Part shown: positions 59,146 through 64,000 of the stretch, one piece after another
Position numbering within the stretch: the stretch's first letter is position 1
Layout: every line of letters starts with the position of its first letter
Assembly (NCBI GenBank): GCA_963788595.1
Contig: CAWBHC010000005.1
Span: forward strand, 138,933 to 202,932
Reading direction: 5' to 3'
DNA length: 64,000 bases
Source of the DNA: an uncultured Thermoleophilaceae bacterium
GTDB lineage: Bacteria; Actinomycetota; Thermoleophilia; Solirubrobacterales; Thermoleophilaceae
Notes under the pieces: model-generated
Database searches by the model: none
The model's input: only the letters and a program-made list of their open reading frames with translations
What the model was told of the DNA's origin: nothing
Position numbers and translations under genes: made by a program

Positions 59146-60973
59146 ATGAGTGTCGAGATGGCAGTCGACTGGCGTGACCGCCAGGTTTCGGCTGCGGAGG
59201 CGGTCTCGGTGGTGAGCCCGGGCGACAAGGTCTTCGTCGGCACCGCCTGCGCCACTCCGCGGACTCTGGTCGATGCCTTGGAGCAAATCAGGAGGCCCGG
59301 CGTTGTCCTGGTGCATTTTCTCACCGACCGGGTGGCCGCGGGTGATCCGCCTCATACGAACTATCGGCATCGCGTGTTCTACGTCGGCCGCGATATCCGC
59401 GCCCTGCATGACGTCCGCGCCCTGCGCGAGTCGGGTCTGGTGGACTATGTGCCGCTCTCGCTCGGGGAGGTCCCCCGGCTGTTCCGCAACGGGCATATCC
59501 CGGTTGATGTCGCGATGGTGCAGGTCGCGCCACCCGATCCGGACGGTACCTGCAGCCTGGGGATTTCGGTGGACGTGACCAAGGCCGCGGCGCTGGCGGC
59601 ACGGACGGTCATCGCCGAGGTCAACCCGGCGATGCCTCGCACCGCGGGCGACAGCCGTATTCCGGTCGACCGAATCTCGAGCTTCGTGGCGGTCGAGACG
59701 CCCGTGGTGGAGTACCTGCACGATCCCGCCGGCGAGGTGGCCGAGCAGATTGCTCGCTACGTCGCCCGGCTGATCGACGATCGGTCCACGCTTCAGGTGG
59801 GCCTCGGCCGAGTGCCGAACGAGATGCTGGCTCACCTGACCAACCGACGCGACCTGGCCATCCACTCGAACGTCATCACGGAGCCGATCGTCGATCTCGT
59901 CGCCGCCGGCGTCATCACCGGCCCGGTCGCGACGAGCTGGGCGATGGGCTCGAGGCGCCTGTATGACCTGGTGGACGACGATCCCCGCTTCGCCTTTCAT
60001 CCAATCGACTACATCTGCGACCCAACAGTCATCGCGACGAAGGAGCGGATGGTGTCGGTCACTCAGGCCTTCACCATCGACCTCACCGGACAGGTCTGCA
60101 CCGAAAGCCTCGACGGGACGCTGTACGGGGGAGTCTCCACCGGACCCGCCTTCCACCGCGGCGCCCTCGCCTCTCCCGGCGGAATGGCAATCGTCTGCCT
60201 CGCCTCACGAACCCCGGCGGGCCGGTCCGCCATCTCACTCGACCTGGGCCCCGATGAGCCGGTGACGATCCCGCGGGCGGACGTGCACTGGGTCGATCAG
60301 CGAGTACGGCACGGCGTACCTGTTCGGCCGATCGCTTGTTGAGCGTGCGGTCGCGCTGATCGAGATCGCGCATCCCGATGTACGCACGGAACTGCTCGAC
60401 GCCGCCATCCAGAGGGGCCTCGTCGGTCCGAAACAGCAGCTACGCAGCCGCACCGCTTATCCCGTAGCCCAGGTGGGCGATGTGCGGCTACGCGACGGCC
60501 GCGAGGTGCGCCTGCGCCCGACGCGCACGAGCGATACGCGAGCGATGCAGGACCTGTTCTATCGGCTCCGCGAGGAGGATCGGCAGACCCGGTTCCTCCA
60601 CAAGCTGAAATCGCTCACCGACACCGCCGCCCAACACCTCTGCAGCGTCGACTACGAGGAGGAGATGGCGTTCGCCGCCGTGGTCGGGCCGCCTGAGCAC
60701 GAACGCATCGTGGCGGCCAGCTGCTACTACCTGAGTCCCGCGACCCGTCTAGCCGAGGTGGCGTACATGGTGGATCCCGACTGGCAGGGCGTGGGCCTCG
60801 GAGGGATTCTGCACGCGGGACTGGTCGAGTACGCTCGCGAGCACGGCGCTCGCGGCCTGACCGCGGACATGCTGCAGGGCAACTCGCGCATGATGCGCGT
60901 CTTCGAACGCGGCGATCACTCGCTGAGCATCAGGACGGACGCGGGCGTCAACGAACTGACCATGCTCTTCTGA
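59146..60973 (+). CDS. Acetyl-CoA hydrolase/transferase family domain fused to a C-terminal GNAT acetyltransferase. Frame break near 60295-60303.
   Basis: The N-terminal 380+ aa are 4-hydroxybutyrate CoA-transferase-like (...LQVGLGRVPNEMLAHL...). After one frame hop it reads EYGTAYLFGRSLVERAVALIEIAHP...VRLRPTRTSD...VDPDWQGVGLGGILHAGLVEYAREHG (GNAT motif A). Confidence 0.75.
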
Positions 60974-60989
60974 AGATCCTGCTGGCAAA

Positions 60990-61270
60990 GTCGGCCGCTG
61001 CTGCGCCGTGCACCGGCCACCCCCAGCCGCACGGCACTCGACATAAAGATCAACTTGCCCTTCGCGCGGTCCCAGCCGATGGCCGTGAGCTGCTCACGAC
61101 CGGCACCGTGCGGCGCCGGGGCAACCGGCTGGCCCTCGCCACAGCCGAGGTGATTCAACGACATCTGCGACGAGCCATTCGCCGCGACCAACACCGCGGG
61201 CGCCGGCTGTCAGTCCTCCCCAGACGCTTCCAGGAGGTCGCCGCTTCCGGTCGAAGCGGATGTTCCCCAG
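60990..61270 (-). pseudogene. Possible hotdog-fold (PaaI-like) thioesterase relic, multiply frame-broken and too short
   Basis: Weak fragments: LGNIRFD..., VLVAANGSSQMSLNHL..., LTAIGWDRAKGKLIFMSSAVRL. Low-confidence pattern match only. Confidence 0.25.
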
Positions 61271-61283
61271 GGTGCCGTGATAC

Positions 61284-62681
61284 CTAACGGTGTGCCCGCG
61301 CGACGACGTCCGCCTGCGCCAGGATCGCCTTGGCCGAGCGCCGGATGTCGTCCTCGGTGGTGCGCCAGTTGCAGACGGAGATCCGCATCGCCGGTTCTCC
61401 GTCCCATCGCGTGCCGCTCATCCAGCACGTGCCCTCGCGCTGGACCGCGTCGATGACGTCGTCGGTGACGTTGGCGCCGTCGGCGACGATCCGGACCAGC
61501 GTCTGATTGAGGACCACCTCGTTGAGGACCGTCACACGGGGATCGCGCGCCAGTTCCTCGGCCATGAGCCGCGCGCAGCCGCAGCAGCGCTCGACGAGCT
61601 CGGCGACCCCGCGGCGCCCCAGCGCTCGCAGCGCGGCGTAGACGGCGAACCCACGCGCGCGTCTGGAGAACTCGGGCACCCATTCCGCTTGGTTGCGTTC
61701 GTCGTGTTGGGGCTGCGGGATGTACTCCGCGCCGGTGAACGAGTCCATGGCGGCGGCGTGTGCGGTCCGTTCGCGGACGACCGCGATGCCGCAGTCGTAG
61801 GGCACGTTGAGCCACTTGTGTGCGTCGGTGGCCCAGGAGTCGGCATCCGCGACGCCGTCGACGACGGCTCGCAGCGCCGGGCTCGCCGCCGCCCACAACC
61901 CGAACGCGCCGTCAACGTGACACCAGGCACCGTGCTCGCGCGCGAGCCGCGCGATCTCGGGCATGGGGTCGACGGCGCCGGTGTTGACCTCACCGACTTG
62001 GGCCACCACGATCGTCGGACCCGAGCTCAAAGGCAGGAGGCGCCCGAGCTCGGACGGTTGCATACGGCCCTGCGCATCGGCCGCCACGAGCTCAACGCGA
62101 CGGCTGCCCAGCCCGAGCATCCGTAGCGCCGCGAACACCGTCGTGTGCGCCTTGGCACCAACAAACACGCGAATCGGCGGAGCGCCGAACAGCCCGTCGG
62201 CCTCGACGTCCCAGCCCATGTCCGCGAGGAGGCGATGGCGCGCGGCAGCAAGACAGGTGAGGTGGGCCATCTGACACCCGGTCGTCAGGCCCACTCCCGC
62301 CCCCTCTGGCAGGCCGAGCAGATCCAGTAGCCACCCGCAGACGGCCTCCTCTGCGACCGCCGCCGCGGGGCCGACGGGGAAGCCGCCCCCGTTCTGGTCC
62401 CACACCGACGTCAGCCAGTCGGCAGCGATCGCCGCATCGAGACTGCCACCGATAACGAAGCCGAAGTACCGGGGACTCTGCGTGCCGACGAGGCCGGGAT
62501 CCGCCGCCGCGACCAGCTCCTCGATCACCCGCAGCGCCGGTCGCGACGCGTCGTCGAGACCAACATGCAGCGCGGAGCGCAGCTCGTCGAGCGACGCGTC
62601 CGCGCCGACGGGCCGCTCAGGCAGCGACGCCAGGTAGTCGGCAGCGATCTCAGCGGTGCGGCGAAGGAGCGCGGGATCCAT
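61284..62681 (-). CDS. PLP-dependent (group II-like) amino-acid decarboxylase
   Basis: Intact 465 aa. The PLP-Lys motif SWATDAHKWLNVPYDCG is present, along with HVDGAFG. Confidence 0.8.
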   Translation of the reverse strand: MDPALLRRTAEIAADYLASLPERPVGADASLDELRSALHVGLDDASRPALRVIEELVAAADPGLVGTQSPRYFGFVIGGSLDAAIAADWLTSVWDQNGGGFPVGPAAAVAEEAVCGWLLDLLGLPEGAGVGLTTGCQMAHLTCLAAARHRLLADMGWDVEADGLFGAPPIRVFVGAKAHTTVFAALRMLGLGSRRVELVAADAQGRMQPSELGRLLPLSSGPTIVVAQVGEVNTGAVDPMPEIARLAREHGAWCHVDGAFGLWAAASPALRAVVDGVADADSWATDAHKWLNVPYDCGIAVVRERTAHAAAMDSFTGAEYIPQPQHDERNQAEWVPEFSRRARGFAVYAALRALGRRGVAELVERCCGCARLMAEELARDPRVTVLNEVVLNQTLVRIVADGANVTDDVIDAVQREGTCWMSGTRWDGEPAMRISVCNWRTTEDDIRRSAKAILAQADVVARAHR

Positions 62682-62935
62682 CGCCCGACACTACCCCTCC
62701 ACGGGCGGGGTGTCCCCGCGGAATGACCGCAGCTGGCTGCGCAAACGAGGCAAGTAGCGCCGGAGGGCGGCGGTCGCATCACGGCAACCCCTATCCGACG
62801 GTGACGTCGTCGCAGCCAGGGTGGCCCCGGTCAGCGCAAGCTGATGGCGAACCCGACAGTAGTTTCAAGCAGCCGCATCTGAACTTTGCGCTCTGCGGGC
62901 TCGCTGGTCGGCGTGCTGGTGCTTCGGGGCCAGGG

Positions 62936-63988
62936 TCAGTCGCTTGCGCTCGAGCGTGCGACTGCGATCAGGTCGCTGAACACGCCTTGGCCGGCGAGCT
63001 GCAGGCCGGCGCCGGGTCCGATGATCGTCATCTCTCCGAGCGGATCTGCTCGGCAGACGATGGCGTTGCTGGTGCCCTCGATGTTCGCCAGCGGATCCGT
63101 ACCGGGAACCAGCTCGGGCTCTACGTGCGCGGTGACGCTTCCCGCTCCGTCCGGCTCTGAGAACTCAAGCGTCGCGACGTGCTTGAGTCGCGCCCCGGCG
63201 GAGGCGGCCTGCTCTACCTGCGAGCGTGAAATATCGGCGATTCCGCGGCACGCGACCTGCTCGCGTCGTAGCTGCCTGCCGAAGACGAGCGCTGACAGGA
63301 CCATTACCTTGGCGACGGCGTCATGGCCTTCGACGTCGGCGGCCGGATCACGCTCGGCAAGGCCCGTCGTCTGTGCCTCTGCGAGTGCGTCCTCGTAGGT
63401 CCTGCCTTCCGCCATCCGGGTAAGGATGAAGTTGGCGGTGGCATTGAGCAGCCCACGAAGCCCGACCGGAACCGCGCCCGCGAGTCCGTCGACGAGGGCG
63501 CTGAGCACCGGCGTTCCCGACATGACGGTTGATTCAGCGCGAAACGCGACGCCGCGGCTGCGCGCCAGCTCCGCAAGCTCCACCCCATGCAAAGCGACCG
63601 GCCACTTGTTAGAGGTAACCACCGGGATCCCCCGCCGAAGCGCCTCGCGGATGTGCGCGACTCCGGGCTCACCGTCGGCGGACGGGCTCGCCGTCACCTC
63701 CACGAGAAGGTCGGCCTCGGTCGCGCGAAGCCCGTCGATTGTGCTCGGCCAGCAGCGCACGCCAGCCAGTCCGGAGATCGACCGTCCTTCGGAGGCCAAC
63801 CCGAGCGCGGACGCCAGATCGAGCCCATCGTCGGCGTAGATAAACCCGTCCCGCGCATTCGCAAGACCAACGACCGTGACATCGATGCCGTACTTGCCCG
63901 CGAGCCGCCCGCGCTCGGAGTCGAGCGCGCGGATCACCCACCGGCCCACCGTGCCGAAGCCCACAAGCCAGATCCGCAGCGGCTTCAC
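62936..63988 (-). CDS. Homoserine dehydrogenase family protein (no ACT domain)
   Basis: GTG start, MKPLRIWLVGFGTVGRWV...VVTSNKWPVA...FRAESTVMSGTPV...LLNATANFILTRM...AERDPAADVEGHDAVAKV. Confidence 0.8.
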   Translation of the reverse strand: MKPLRIWLVGFGTVGRWVIRALDSERGRLAGKYGIDVTVVGLANARDGFIYADDGLDLASALGLASEGRSISGLAGVRCWPSTIDGLRATEADLLVEVTASPSADGEPGVAHIREALRRGIPVVTSNKWPVALHGVELAELARSRGVAFRAESTVMSGTPVLSALVDGLAGAVPVGLRGLLNATANFILTRMAEGRTYEDALAEAQTTGLAERDPAADVEGHDAVAKVMVLSALVFGRQLRREQVACRGIADISRSQVEQAASAGARLKHVATLEFSEPDGAGSVTAHVEPELVPGTDPLANIEGTSNAIVCRADPLGEMTIIGPGAGLQLAGQGVFSDLIAVARSSASD

Positions 63989-64000
63989 AGAGCGTCGCGC

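Overview
Very high-G+C, actinobacterial-type chromosomal segment. It shows many GTG/TTG starts, frequent 4-nt start/stop overlaps and long spurious Arg/Ala/Pro-rich antisense ORFs. The backbone is conserved housekeeping synteny on the minus strand, in two parts. One is alaS-ruvX-mltG-aroE (26.8 to 21.7 kb). The other is prepilin peptidase-aroC-aroK/aroB-aroQ-Xaa-Pro peptidase-TauE (7.2 to 1.7 kb). A variable block of about 13.7 kb splits them: MocR regulator, ParB-like protein, ECF sigma with NTF2-like extension, VOC, BBE-type oxidase, AKR, MMPL transporter, and a CzcO-like flavoprotein with a His-rich single-domain multicopper-oxidase-like protein. Further right lie an HD-GYP protein, an MFS transporter, a five-gene peptide ABC importer and an IscU-like/mnmA/RsbW-like/SigB-type chain. 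Next is a LacI-linked catabolic region (Gfo/Idh/MocA-DUF993-TIM barrel; ALDH-GMC oxidoreductase-small subunit). This is followed by aspS, hisS, a glyoxalase-II-like MBL hydrolase and a formimidoyltransferase. At 52.57 kb a tRNA(CAT) gene carries a 4.6-kb degraded integrative element bounded by a 47-bp direct repeat. The element holds an integrase C-terminal stub fused to a truncated HK97-type capsid gene, three secreted or membrane cargo ORFs, and phased TGCGAAC repeats inside both ends. The right flank encodes an ANT-like nucleotidyltransferase, a cupin, a CoA-transferase/GNAT fusion, a PLP decarboxylase and a homoserine-dehydrogenase-family protein. Main caveat: many genes are broken by single-base frame shifts, concentrated at about 29.9-41.8 kb, while long neighbours (alaS, MMPL, aspS, hisS, GMC, ALDH) are intact. 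The translated pieces remain textbook-conserved, so I favour localized sequence or assembly error over real decay, but I cannot prove it from sequence alone. I found no rRNA, no CRISPR array and no clearly complete novel multigene system. The best follow-up leads are the tRNA island and its repeats, the nested inverted repeat at 38.8 kb, the shared GAAAACGTTT operator-like sites, the IscU-like/MnmA junction and the mini multicopper oxidase.
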